A stretch of DNA of 64,000 nt from a bacterium (GTDB lineage: Bacteria; Patescibacteriota; Minisyncoccia; Phycocordibacterales; UBA918): assembly GCA_002710785.1 (NCBI GenBank), contig PAMC01000016.1, positions 13,435 through 77,434 of the forward strand, written 5' to 3'. Below are positions 1-8,438 of the stretch, piece after piece; the stretch's first letter is position 1, and the number at the start of each line of letters is the position of its first letter. Under the pieces are notes generated by a model. The model ran no database searches and was not told the DNA's origin. It was given only the letters and a program-made list of their open reading frames with translations. The translations under genes were made by a program, and so were the position numbers.

Positions 1-110
1 ACTTTGAGCGTAGGGTTAGCAAGCTTCGCCTACTGACCCAACTATGTGGCCTTAAGTCAAACTTAAGTGCACGCTATAGTACGGTTAAGTGTGTTATGAG
101 TCAAGTCTGA

Positions 111-674
111 TTATCGCATTACCCAAGGTGCTGCAGATGAGACAGAGACGTGTTGATTTACCTGCAGGCGATTGTCTGAAGACCAGGCTGCCGAAAGCTC
201 AGTAGGGTCCACTATAAGTACTTCATTATTAACAGTTAGTGCCCGCACCTCAAAATTAGTCGCATCAAATACCCGTAGGTAGCAGTCGCCGTCACTCGTT
301 GCTGTCACTGCACAGTAAAAGACAAATTCACCGCTTGGGCTGACCAGTGCTTGGTGGATAGCGGTGTGGGCCTCTGCAAGGTCTGGTGCAGCGGCAGCTG
401 AAACGCTAATAAGGGTTTCTGTCTCACCTTGGATCAAATACAGGCCATTCTCTGAAAGTGCTAGCTCAGGAGGAAGTGTGCTTGCGTCTGGTGCTGCAGT
501 TGGGCTTGGTGCTTCGGGTGTAACTTCGGGTTCTGCGTCCATAAGAGCTGCCGTTTGTGTTGCCGGGACGTAGGCCACTGGCGCGTCACTTACCGGAATA
601 CCGTAGGCAATAAGCGCGGTCGTAAAACCGATACAGAAAGTGAGAGCCATGATTGCGGCGCGTTCGTGTTGCAT
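111..674 (-). CDS. Hypothetical exported/membrane-anchored protein
   Basis: N-terminal hydrophobic helix, Pro/Ala/Glu linker, beta-rich C-terminal part with a Cys pair; follows the PCD gene with a 7-nt gap. Confidence 0.7.
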   Translation of the reverse strand: MQHERAAIMALTFCIGFTTALIAYGIPVSDAPVAYVPATQTAALMDAEPEVTPEAPSPTAAPDASTLPPELALSENGLYLIQGETETLISVSAAAAPDLAEAHTAIHQALVSPSGEFVFYCAVTATSDGDCYLRVFDATNFEVRALTVNNEVLIVDPTELSAAWSSDNRLQVNQHVSVSSAAPWVMR

Positions 675-681
675 ACGATGG

Positions 682-981
682 TTATGGTGAAACTAATTTT
701 GAAATTCTGGTAGCGAGCTCAATGTCGAGCTTGGTTAAGCCGTGCAACTCGTGGGTTGTCAGCTTAACAGTGACACTGCGGTACGTGTAGGTAATATCTG
801 GGTGATGCTGCAAGATCTCAGCGTGTACGGCAATACGCGCAATGAATACTAAGCCAGCGACGTAATCAGGTTGTGCAAACGTGGCTTTTAGAAACGTTTG
901 CTTCGGATTAGATTGCCAATCAGGCAGTTTATTTAACGCAGCCGACAACTGCTTCTTTGTAAGAACCCGTTTTACACGCAC
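682..981 (-). CDS. phhB: Pterin-4-alpha-carbinolamine dehydratase family protein
   Basis: AExxxHHPDI...LTTH...GLT..DI.LA motifs, ~100 aa; GTG start 6 nt after TATACT. Confidence 0.9.
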   Translation of the reverse strand: MRVKRVLTKKQLSAALNKLPDWQSNPKQTFLKATFAQPDYVAGLVFIARIAVHAEILQHHPDITYTYRSVTVKLTTHELHGLTKLDIELATRISKLVSP

Positions 982-987
982 ATCTAT

Positions 988-1015
988 AGTATATCGCTCG
1001 TGATACCGCTATACT
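988..1015. promoter_or_regulatory. Divergent pair of -10 boxes (TATACT on - at 988-993, TATACT on + at 1010-1015)
   Basis: Two TATACT hexamers between the divergently oriented PCD and hydrolase genes. Confidence 0.6.
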
Positions 1016-1040
1016 GAGTGCACACGTTAATAACTACCCT

Positions 1041-1712
1041 ATGCAGGTACTGATTATTCCTGATTTATTTGCGAAAGACACTCAGTGGGAACCAGTTGTT
1101 GAATCCTTCGCCAAAGCTGGTGTGCGGGCTGAAGTAGTGTCATTTACAGCGCCGAGAGATGAAGATCTGTCTGAAATTGTGGAGTTTGTAAATCAGCGAT
1201 TGATCGAAAAAACGTACCTTATCGGTCATGGAGTAGGTGGACGGGTGGCAATCCAGCTGGCTTCCCAGCAACCGCACCAATTGGCGGGTCTTATGCTGAC
1301 CAGCACACCAGCGATGCCGGCAGCGAGCTTTCGCACCTTTCTTTTTAAGGTGTTGCACTTTTTTGGTACACTAGTTCGCATCGTCATCCCCTATTACATC
1401 CGTAAGAAAATTGTCACGAAGTATCGCGAACTAAAGCCAGGCGACCCAAAGAAAACGCTGTACAACATTATTATTGCGCCGAGTATGGAAGCATTCTTGG
1501 CAAAGTTATCAGTACCGCTGCTACTGCTTTGGGGTGAGCGTGACACTCGGGTAGCGCCAGCTGTTGCTGAAGTAATGAGTGAGACACTTCATAATTTTGA
1601 TGTGCCGCACGATTTGCAGCTGGTAGCTGGTGGCACAGACCAACTACATGTTTCACATGCAGAGCTGGTTGCTCACACAGTACTAGAGGCGCTCCAGTCC
1701 GATTTAGCGTAG
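1041..1712 (+). CDS. Alpha/beta-hydrolase fold protein lacking the nucleophile Ser
   Basis: LIGHGVGGRVA elbow, LLLWGERDTRV, late His region; only convincing plus-strand gene. Confidence 0.8.
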   Translation: MQVLIIPDLFAKDTQWEPVVESFAKAGVRAEVVSFTAPRDEDLSEIVEFVNQRLIEKTYLIGHGVGGRVAIQLASQQPHQLAGLMLTSTPAMPAASFRTFLFKVLHFFGTLVRIVIPYYIRKKIVTKYRELKPGDPKKTLYNIIIAPSMEAFLAKLSVPLLLLWGERDTRVAPAVAEVMSETLHNFDVPHDLQLVAGGTDQLHVSHAELVAHTVLEALQSDLA

Positions 1713-2669
1713 TGCACGCACTTGCGTGAGAACAAACTCTTCTGGAGTAATACCAACAGCGTTGAGGGTCTGCGTCAGTGCAGATTCTGCTGTGAGTGGT
1801 GCAAGGGTGTTCGTTTCAAGGAAATACACCTGACCAGCTGGCGTCACCTGAAAATCAGTGCGGACCGAGCCCGTTAAATCAAGTGCTTTGTACACGTTGT
1901 CGGCAATCTCAGCGACCGTGCGCTTATGTTCACGTGAGAGTGCCGCCGGTTGCAGTACCTCGTTGTTCTCTAGTACACCGTCGGTAGCAAACTGGTGCTG
2001 CCACTGTAGTAGTGGTGTGTGGTAGAGCTTTTCTCCGCGCATACCTGGCATCGATGCCAGGGTTACCGCCTGCCCATCGATGTACTCTTCAATTAGGCAG
2101 GCTGGATGCACGCTTAAGACTTGGGCGATCACCGCTGGCAGCTGTGCTCCGTTTGCAACCAAGTAGACAGAATCACGCTGGGTACCAGAAACTGGCTTAA
2201 CTACGTACGTTGGGCCAAATAACTCTTGGATGCGAGTGCTCAGACCGTGTAGGTCGCTTTGGCTATGAGCATGCGCAATTAGCCGCTGCGGAATACGTAC
2301 ACCAGCACTTCGAACACGTTCGGTGGCCAGGTCTTTCTGCCAGGTCTCTAAAGCGGTGTATGGTTTTTCGGTTTGGTGTGGCACGCCGTGCTGCTCTAGC
2401 ACACGGGCCAGTTGGCCGTCTTCGCCGTACGGCCCGAGAACCGTCAGGTACGCGGCGTCAACATGCGGCAGAAAGGTAGTTGGTGAGACCACCAGACCGT
2501 CGTGCAGCCATTCGCCGTTAGGAGCGACCACAACATCAACCGGGGTGTACCGTCGACTACGCGAGAGTAGCGCAAGGACAGTGGCTCCGTACTCCATTGA
2601 TTGTCGGTTCGTCGCCCGCTCGCCACCCCGAAATACCGCAATGCGTTCTTTTCCACCTAAAAGTGACAT
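1704..2669 (-). CDS. Divergent D-Ala-D-Ala ligase-like ATP-grasp protein
   Basis: IAVFRGG, GPYGEDG, VVKP, IEEYIDG, RTDF, YFLETNT motifs in Ddl order. Confidence 0.8.
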   Translation of the reverse strand: MSLLGGKERIAVFRGGERATNRQSMEYGATVLALLSRSRRYTPVDVVVAPNGEWLHDGLVVSPTTFLPHVDAAYLTVLGPYGEDGQLARVLEQHGVPHQTEKPYTALETWQKDLATERVRSAGVRIPQRLIAHAHSQSDLHGLSTRIQELFGPTYVVKPVSGTQRDSVYLVANGAQLPAVIAQVLSVHPACLIEEYIDGQAVTLASMPGMRGEKLYHTPLLQWQHQFATDGVLENNEVLQPAALSREHKRTVAEIADNVYKALDLTGSVRTDFQVTPAGQVYFLETNTLAPLTAESALTQTLNAVGITPEEFVLTQVRALR

Positions 2670-2684
2670 GCCTGTAGTATAGCA

Positions 2685-3920
2685 CTACGACAACTGGCGC
2701 CGGCTGCGTCGCTGACGATGAAACGCCACCGCAAAGCGGTGTGCTTCGGCGTTAGCTAGCAGTATTTGATTTTCGTACTGACTGCGCAGCTTAGCACTGG
2801 CTACCACCCGAATAGGTTTGTGTCGTTCGTCCTTGGTTACTGCTACTACCGGTATCACCAAACCGAGCTTCTTAAGCACAAACTCAGCCGCATTTTTTTG
2901 CGCGGCAGCACCGTCAACTACAATAATCTGCGGAAACGGCCACTCTGGGTGGTTAAATCGGCGTTCGAGTACTTCTTTTAGGGCCGCTGTGTCGTTGCTG
3001 CTGCTAAGCGATTCAATTTTAAACTTGCGGTACTCACTCTTTTTTGGCTCTTCCCCTTCTAGTACGGTCATCACACCGACCATATCTTGTCCGCTCAAGT
3101 GCGCCACGTCGTACGCCTCGATGCGCACCGTACGCTCGTCGCGATAGATCTTGCGGTCGTTTTGGATCAGCGCCACGTCCTGGATGTGTTCAAGCGCAAA
3201 GATTTTTTTCTTGATGCGCTCAGCCTCTTCAAACGCTTCAGTTTTGGCAGCAGCCATCATGTCTTTCTTAAGCTCTTTGATAAGCTGCTGTTTTTTACCT
3301 TCAAAAAAGAGCCGGAGGTGGCGGATGGTTTTCTCGTAAGCCACCTTGTCGCCGTGCTCTGGGTAGAGGCCAATTTGGCGATTAAAGTCGATGCGTCCTT
3401 TCACTACCTTACTCCTTTCGCTCCCCAACGGTTTGTCGGTATCGTAGTACTTAAAAAGTCTGCGAACAATTTTTAATGCTTCACGAAACAGTTGCCCACT
3501 TGGAAACGGACCAAAATGATACTTGATTTCGGCTTCGGTAAACCGTTCGGTGAGGTCTTTACCCCGGACCACCAACACCCGTGGCCACTCCTCGTTGGTA
3601 ATAATGAGATGGTTGTAGCTTTTGTCGTCTTTGCTGCGGGTGTTGTAGTGCGGTTTGTGTGTTCGGATGAGGTTGGTCTCCAAGATGAGTGCTTCAAGCG
3701 TGCTGTCGGTTTCTGTTACCTCGACCGTCTTTGCCCGTTCTACCATCTGCTGAATCAATTCTGAGCGTTTGTCGCGAAGGTCATTTGCGAAGTAACTGCG
3801 CACCCGATTGCGTAAGCTGGTAGCTTTACCAATGTAAAGTATCTCTTTTTTGGCACCGAGAAAAAAATACACCCCAGGTGTATCGGGCAATTCTTTCTTC
3901 GCCAAATCTTCTCGCGTCAT
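2685..3920 (-). CDS. uvrC: Excinuclease ABC subunit C (short form)
   Basis: GIY-YIG (PGVY...YIGKATSLRNRVRSYF), UVR helix (FEEAERIK), RNase H-like domain (IEAYDVAH, VDG, AHRFA). Confidence 0.93.
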   Translation of the reverse strand: MTREDLAKKELPDTPGVYFFLGAKKEILYIGKATSLRNRVRSYFANDLRDKRSELIQQMVERAKTVEVTETDSTLEALILETNLIRTHKPHYNTRSKDDKSYNHLIITNEEWPRVLVVRGKDLTERFTEAEIKYHFGPFPSGQLFREALKIVRRLFKYYDTDKPLGSERSKVVKGRIDFNRQIGLYPEHGDKVAYEKTIRHLRLFFEGKKQQLIKELKKDMMAAAKTEAFEEAERIKKKIFALEHIQDVALIQNDRKIYRDERTVRIEAYDVAHLSGQDMVGVMTVLEGEEPKKSEYRKFKIESLSSSNDTAALKEVLERRFNHPEWPFPQIIVVDGAAAQKNAAEFVLKKLGLVIPVVAVTKDERHKPIRVVASAKLRSQYENQILLANAEAHRFAVAFHRQRRSRRQLS

Positions 3921-3940
3921 GTCGCCTACTATAGCAAATC

Positions 3941-3972
3941 AAAAAAAGAAAAATCGCCAGTGGTTGGCGATT
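3941..3972 (-). terminator. Intrinsic terminator of the 95-aa ORF
   Basis: AATCGCCA-N5-TGGCGATT stem followed on - strand by TTTCTTTTTTT. Confidence 0.8.
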
Positions 3973-4258
3973 AGTTGGTCGTGGCAGCCAAATGTCCCGA
4001 GATGGCCTGGTGAGCAAACGATGGAAGATTGCCATTGATTGCTTCCGAAACAAGGTCACTGGTAATGGTGTTCCCTGTCGCAGCTGCGCACGAATTAAGC
4101 AAACTCTGCATGTCTTCCCAGGTGTAATCATCGGGCAGTAGTTGATGCTCTCGCAGAACATTGATGTGATCACCGCGCAGGGCTTTCATGAATTTGGTTC
4201 GCTCGGCCTGACGATCTCCATCTGGAAGCACTTCGAGGCGAGGCGTTGATCTATCCAT
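3971..4258 (-). CDS. Hypothetical 95-aa protein
   Basis: Fills the uvrA-uvrC gap; purine-rich RBS, upstream TATACT (4318-4323) and own terminator. Confidence 0.6.
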   Translation of the reverse strand: MDRSTPRLEVLPDGDRQAERTKFMKALRGDHINVLREHQLLPDDYTWEDMQSLLNSCAAATGNTITSDLVSEAINGNLPSFAHQAISGHLAATTN

Positions 4259-4325
4259 CGCTTTTCCCTTTTAGTGTGAGCTCTAGAGCAGGTTCTAGTC
4301 TGCCCCTCTGAATATTCAGTATACC

Positions 4326-6962
4326 CTACTTCCGACGGAGAATTTTCTTTAAGTACTGTCCGGTGTGACTAACTTTGCTCTCAGCCACTTCTTCAGGTGT
4401 ACCCTTTGCCACTACATTGCCACCGCCGGCCCCGCCCTCCGGGCCAATATCGATAATGTAATCGGCACTCTTTACTACCTCAAGGTTATGCTCAATCACC
4501 ATGACCGTGTTACCGCGGTTAACCAGCTCTTGGAGGATCTCGATTAGCTTAGCGACGTCGTCATAATGAAGACCAATCGTCGGTTCGTCGAGTAAGTAAA
4601 TGGTCTTCTCGGTATGTTTACGGTAGAGCTCGGAAGCAATCTTAACGCGCTGGGCTTCTCCACCAGAGAGTGTGGTTGCGCTCTGTCCAAGTTCGAGGTA
4701 CCCCAAGCCAACATCAAGAAGGGCCTTGAGTCGCTCCTCGATAGCTGGAATGTCTTTGTAAAACTCATGCGCCTCTTCAATAGTAAGGTGTAGAACCTCG
4801 TAAATATTTTTACCTTTGTAACGTACTTCGAGTGTCTCTTTGGTAAAACGCTTGCCATCGCAGACGTCACAGGTTACGTACACTGTCGGCAGAAAGTGCA
4901 TCTCAACCGCAATTACACCGTTACCCTGACAAGCCTCACACCGGCCGCCTTTAACGTTAAAGCTAAACCGGCCCGGCTTCCAGCCGCGAGCTTTAGCCTC
5001 GCTAGTGGCGGCAAAGAGGTCGCGAATGTGGGTAAACGCTCCGGTGTAGGTGGCAGGGTTAGATCGTGGAGTACGGCCAATGGGCGATTGGTCGATCAGT
5101 ACTGTGCGGCCGAGGTACTCGGTACCGGTAAAGTCGCTCACGTTATAGGTTTTAGCGGTGCGGTGGCGCTTCTCTAGCTTGGCCAGAAGATTCTTGTGGA
5201 GGATCTCGTACATAAAGGTCGACTTGCCCGAGCCAGACACTCCTGTCACACAAATTAGTCGTCCGAGCGGCACTGAAATATTTAGATTTTTGATGTTAAA
5301 CGCCTTACCGCCTTTAATCTTAATGCTGCCCTTCTCGCTGCTGCGACGGTCGGGTACCGTAATTGCCTTCTCTCCCCGCAGATACGCTAAGGTGGTTGAT
5401 TTTGAATTGTTTTTTGGTGCATCAAGTAGGGGCTGTAGGTAATCAGCCACGACCACCTCCCCACCATGTACCCCGGCCCCGGGGCCAATGTCGACCAGGT
5501 AGTCGGCAGCGAAGATTGTGTCTTCGTCGTGCTCAACCACTACAATAGTGTTACCTAAGTCGCGCAAGTCAGTGAGCGTCTTGATAAGCCGATCGTTGTC
5601 GCGCTGATGAAGGCCAATTGTCGGCTCATCGAGTACGTAGAGTGCACCGACCAAGCCGGAGCCCAGCTGCGACGCCAGGCGAATACGCTGCGCCTCCCCG
5701 CCAGAGAGCGTGTTAGCCCGACGGTTGAGCGTTAGGTACTCAATACCAACGTCTTGCATAAACTGTAGTCGGTCGATAATTTCGCGCAGCGCTGGCCAGG
5801 CAATATCATGCTGTTTTTTACTAAGCTTCAAATTGGCGATAAACTCAGCGGCATCTTTGACCGTCAGTTCAGTAAAATCGACGATATTTTTCCCCAGGTC
5901 TTTACCGCTGCCACCTAGAAACACGCGTAGCGCTTCTGGCCGCAAACGGGCACCGTTACAGCTTGGACATTCGTCGGTGTTAAAAATACCTACAACGCCA
6001 AGGCCGTTACACTCCGGACATGCCCCGTACGGTGAGTTAAACGAGAAGAGCCGGGGTTCTACTTCGGGAAATGATGAACCGTCAACCGGGCAGGTGAACT
6101 TGGCCGAGAGGGTGCGGGTGCTGCCATCGGGTGATTCAACTTTTACGAGCCCATTGGCCTCATGCAAGGCAATCTCAATCGCCTCTGAGAGACGCTCGTG
6201 TGAGCCTTTGGGGTCATCTGAGAATTCACTGACGTAGATCTCATCAATGAGTAGATCGATGTCGTGGCGTTTAGTTTTTGAAAGCTCAATTTTCTCTCGC
6301 AGTTGCTTGATTTCACCATCAATCTTCACTGTCTCAAAACCTTTACCTAAGAGGTCGTAAAGTAACTGGTAGTACTCGCCTTTACGACCCACCACAATTG
6401 GTGCAAAAACCGACACTCGTCCTTTACTCACCTCGATTCCGAGCACTTTCTCGGACTGCTTTTTGGTCGCGGCTTTAACCTCCTTCTCTTCGATCGATTT
6501 GAGGATGATGCCGACAATCTCATCTTGCGACAGCTTCTCAATCGGTACGTCGACATCTAAACAGTACGGCTGGCCAACCCGTGCGTAGAGGATGCGCAGG
6601 TAGTCGTAGATTTCGGTGATGGTAGCAACTGTTGAGCGTGGGTTGCGACTGGCTGACTTTTGGTCGATAGAAATGGCTGGTGAGAGACCAGAGATTTCGT
6701 CGACATCCGGCTTTTGCATCTTATTGAGAAACTGTCGCGCGTAAGCCGAGAGCGACTCGACGTACCGGCGTTGGCCTTCGGCAAAAATGGTATCGAAGGC
6801 TAAGCTCGACTTTCCGGACCCTGACGGACCGGAGACCACGACGAGCTTGTTGCGCGGCATATCAACGTCAATATTCTTTAGGTTGTGCGTACGCGCACCG
6901 CGTACGCTGATCTTTTCGTCGTTTGGATCTTTCCAAGCCGTTTTTGTTTTCTTGGTGGCCAT
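4326..6962 (-). CDS. uvrA: Excinuclease ABC subunit A (start probably MATKK at 6962; track gives 7004)
   Basis: Two ABC modules (GPSGSGKS, GVSGSGKS, LSGGEAQR x2, LDEPTIGLH x2), FSFN..G.C..C zinc modules. Confidence 0.97.
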   Translation of the reverse strand: MATKKTKTAWKDPNDEKISVRGARTHNLKNIDVDMPRNKLVVVSGPSGSGKSSLAFDTIFAEGQRRYVESLSAYARQFLNKMQKPDVDEISGLSPAISIDQKSASRNPRSTVATITEIYDYLRILYARVGQPYCLDVDVPIEKLSQDEIVGIILKSIEEKEVKAATKKQSEKVLGIEVSKGRVSVFAPIVVGRKGEYYQLLYDLLGKGFETVKIDGEIKQLREKIELSKTKRHDIDLLIDEIYVSEFSDDPKGSHERLSEAIEIALHEANGLVKVESPDGSTRTLSAKFTCPVDGSSFPEVEPRLFSFNSPYGACPECNGLGVVGIFNTDECPSCNGARLRPEALRVFLGGSGKDLGKNIVDFTELTVKDAAEFIANLKLSKKQHDIAWPALREIIDRLQFMQDVGIEYLTLNRRANTLSGGEAQRIRLASQLGSGLVGALYVLDEPTIGLHQRDNDRLIKTLTDLRDLGNTIVVVEHDEDTIFAADYLVDIGPGAGVHGGEVVVADYLQPLLDAPKNNSKSTTLAYLRGEKAITVPDRRSSEKGSIKIKGGKAFNIKNLNISVPLGRLICVTGVSGSGKSTFMYEILHKNLLAKLEKRHRTAKTYNVSDFTGTEYLGRTVLIDQSPIGRTPRSNPATYTGAFTHIRDLFAATSEAKARGWKPGRFSFNVKGGRCEACQGNGVIAVEMHFLPTVYVTCDVCDGKRFTKETLEVRYKGKNIYEVLHLTIEEAHEFYKDIPAIEERLKALLDVGLGYLELGQSATTLSGGEAQRVKIASELYRKHTEKTIYLLDEPTIGLHYDDVAKLIEILQELVNRGNTVMVIEHNLEVVKSADYIIDIGPEGGAGGGNVVAKGTPEEVAESKVSHTGQYLKKILRRK

Positions 6963-7020
6963 ATAACAGGTAAAGGGCTGCGGGTGTGGCCGCAGCTCAT
7001 GCACGGGTAGTATACCTGGC

Positions 7021-8313
7021 TCAGGCAGCTGGGTCTAGCACCACTTCGGGCTCTGGGCGCCGTCTCGTATGGTGTAGGTGGTGCCCAATTAAAAGCAACA
7101 CTGCACCGATACAGACGGTAGCCACTGAGGCAAGAAGGTACCAGACCAACATCTCCTGGGCGGGGTCGCTGTCTGGCACGCTGGTTATCTGGGTGTCACC
7201 GCTTGGTGGCGTGCGAACCAGGCGCCCTGCAATCATTTCAAAATCGAGCGGGCCGCTCAAGAGCTCGGGTGACGCTTGTGCGTACAGTTCATACGTGGCT
7301 GACGGAAGCGGTGCATCAAGCGTAAGCGAAAACCACCCATTACGCTGCACCGTAGTGCTCGCGCGCTGTTGATCGCGAAGTAACAAAAGTTCGATCGACT
7401 GCTCTGGGGTAGCAGTACCAAACACTAGCACGTCGCCAGATTCTAGCTGGTGGATAAGACGGATCTCTGGCACCAGCAGGGTTGGCATAGTTGTCGTTGG
7501 TGCACGCAGCACCTCGGGCGTGCTGGTTGCGTTACTAGTACTGGTAGCCCTTGAGCTCGTAGCAGCTTGCTCTAGCTTTAGCGTATTGCGGATTCGAACG
7601 TTTGGTCTGGTTGCCACCACGACCTCTTCTGAAGCACGAGCTGTATAGGCGCTAACGGTATACGAACCGTCGGGTAGCTCTCTTGTGTCAGCAGCAAGTT
7701 GCCACGTTTCTGCGGCCTGCTTCACGGCAGCGCCAAGTACGTAGGTACCTGAGGCATTGGCTGCAGCCAAGATCACCTCTTCTGTGTCTGGGGCGCTCAC
7801 CACAACCGGCACCACACCACTTAGTGGCTCAGGTTGCGTAATGTCAATCGTCGCAGTCGTTCGCGGCAGCGCCTCAATCAGCGTTGCTGTTTGAGGTACT
7901 GCGGCCGGTGCGGCAATTTGGTTGAATAAATTCCAGGAGAGTGCGACCCCAAGCAGCATAATCGCAATCCCGCCCAAACGAGCTACACCAACCGCTAACG
8001 CGTCGGTATTAACCGGTATGCTAGAGGCACCAATGGCAGAGAGGGTAATCGTTCGCCCCAGCAGGCGACCAGGCGCCTTAGGGCTGGTTGGCATAGTGTG
8101 TTGATGGCCGCCATAGCGAGCCTCGCGCACCGACTGTGGCTTAGTGTTTTTTGGGCGCTTTACCACCCGCTTAACCACTCGCTTCACTCTCTTTGTGGCG
8201 ACTTTCTTGGTTGTCTTTTTTGCTACTTTACGGGTACGAGTAGCAGTTTTTTTTGCCGCCTTCTTGACAGCTCTTTTGCTACTACGAACAGTCGTGCGTT
8301 TCTTGACGCTCAT
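7021..8313 (-). CDS. Membrane protein with Lys/Arg-rich N-terminus, two TM helices and Ig-like extracellular region
   Basis: KKAAKKTATR-type N-terminus, TM near aa 110-130, beta-rich domains, C-terminal TM; TATACT 6 nt before ATG. Confidence 0.75.
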   Translation of the reverse strand: MSVKKRTTVRSSKRAVKKAAKKTATRTRKVAKKTTKKVATKRVKRVVKRVVKRPKNTKPQSVREARYGGHQHTMPTSPKAPGRLLGRTITLSAIGASSIPVNTDALAVGVARLGGIAIMLLGVALSWNLFNQIAAPAAVPQTATLIEALPRTTATIDITQPEPLSGVVPVVVSAPDTEEVILAAANASGTYVLGAAVKQAAETWQLAADTRELPDGSYTVSAYTARASEEVVVATRPNVRIRNTLKLEQAATSSRATSTSNATSTPEVLRAPTTTMPTLLVPEIRLIHQLESGDVLVFGTATPEQSIELLLLRDQQRASTTVQRNGWFSLTLDAPLPSATYELYAQASPELLSGPLDFEMIAGRLVRTPPSGDTQITSVPDSDPAQEMLVWYLLASVATVCIGAVLLLIGHHLHHTRRRPEPEVVLDPAA

Positions 8314-8390
8314 ACCTCTAGTATAGCGCTCTGCGACTCGCTGACTCGTCAGTTATCACCTACCTCATAAGACAGAAACCCAAGACCTCA

Positions 8391-8434
8391 CCACCTCTGG
8401 CTTACTATCATATATGATAGTAAGCCAGAGGTGG
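8391..8434. repeat. Perfect 44-bp palindrome
   Basis: CCACCTCTGGCTTACTATCATA|TATGATAGTAAGCCAGAGGTGG, no spacer, 4 nt beyond the uvrB stop. Confidence 0.95.
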
Positions 8435-8438
8435 CCCA

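Noticed and set aside
4308-4319. LexA/SOS box near uvr genes
   Set aside because: CTG-N6-CAG does not match CTG-N10-CAG or GAAC-N4-GTTC, and it precedes the orphan ORF rather than a uvr gene
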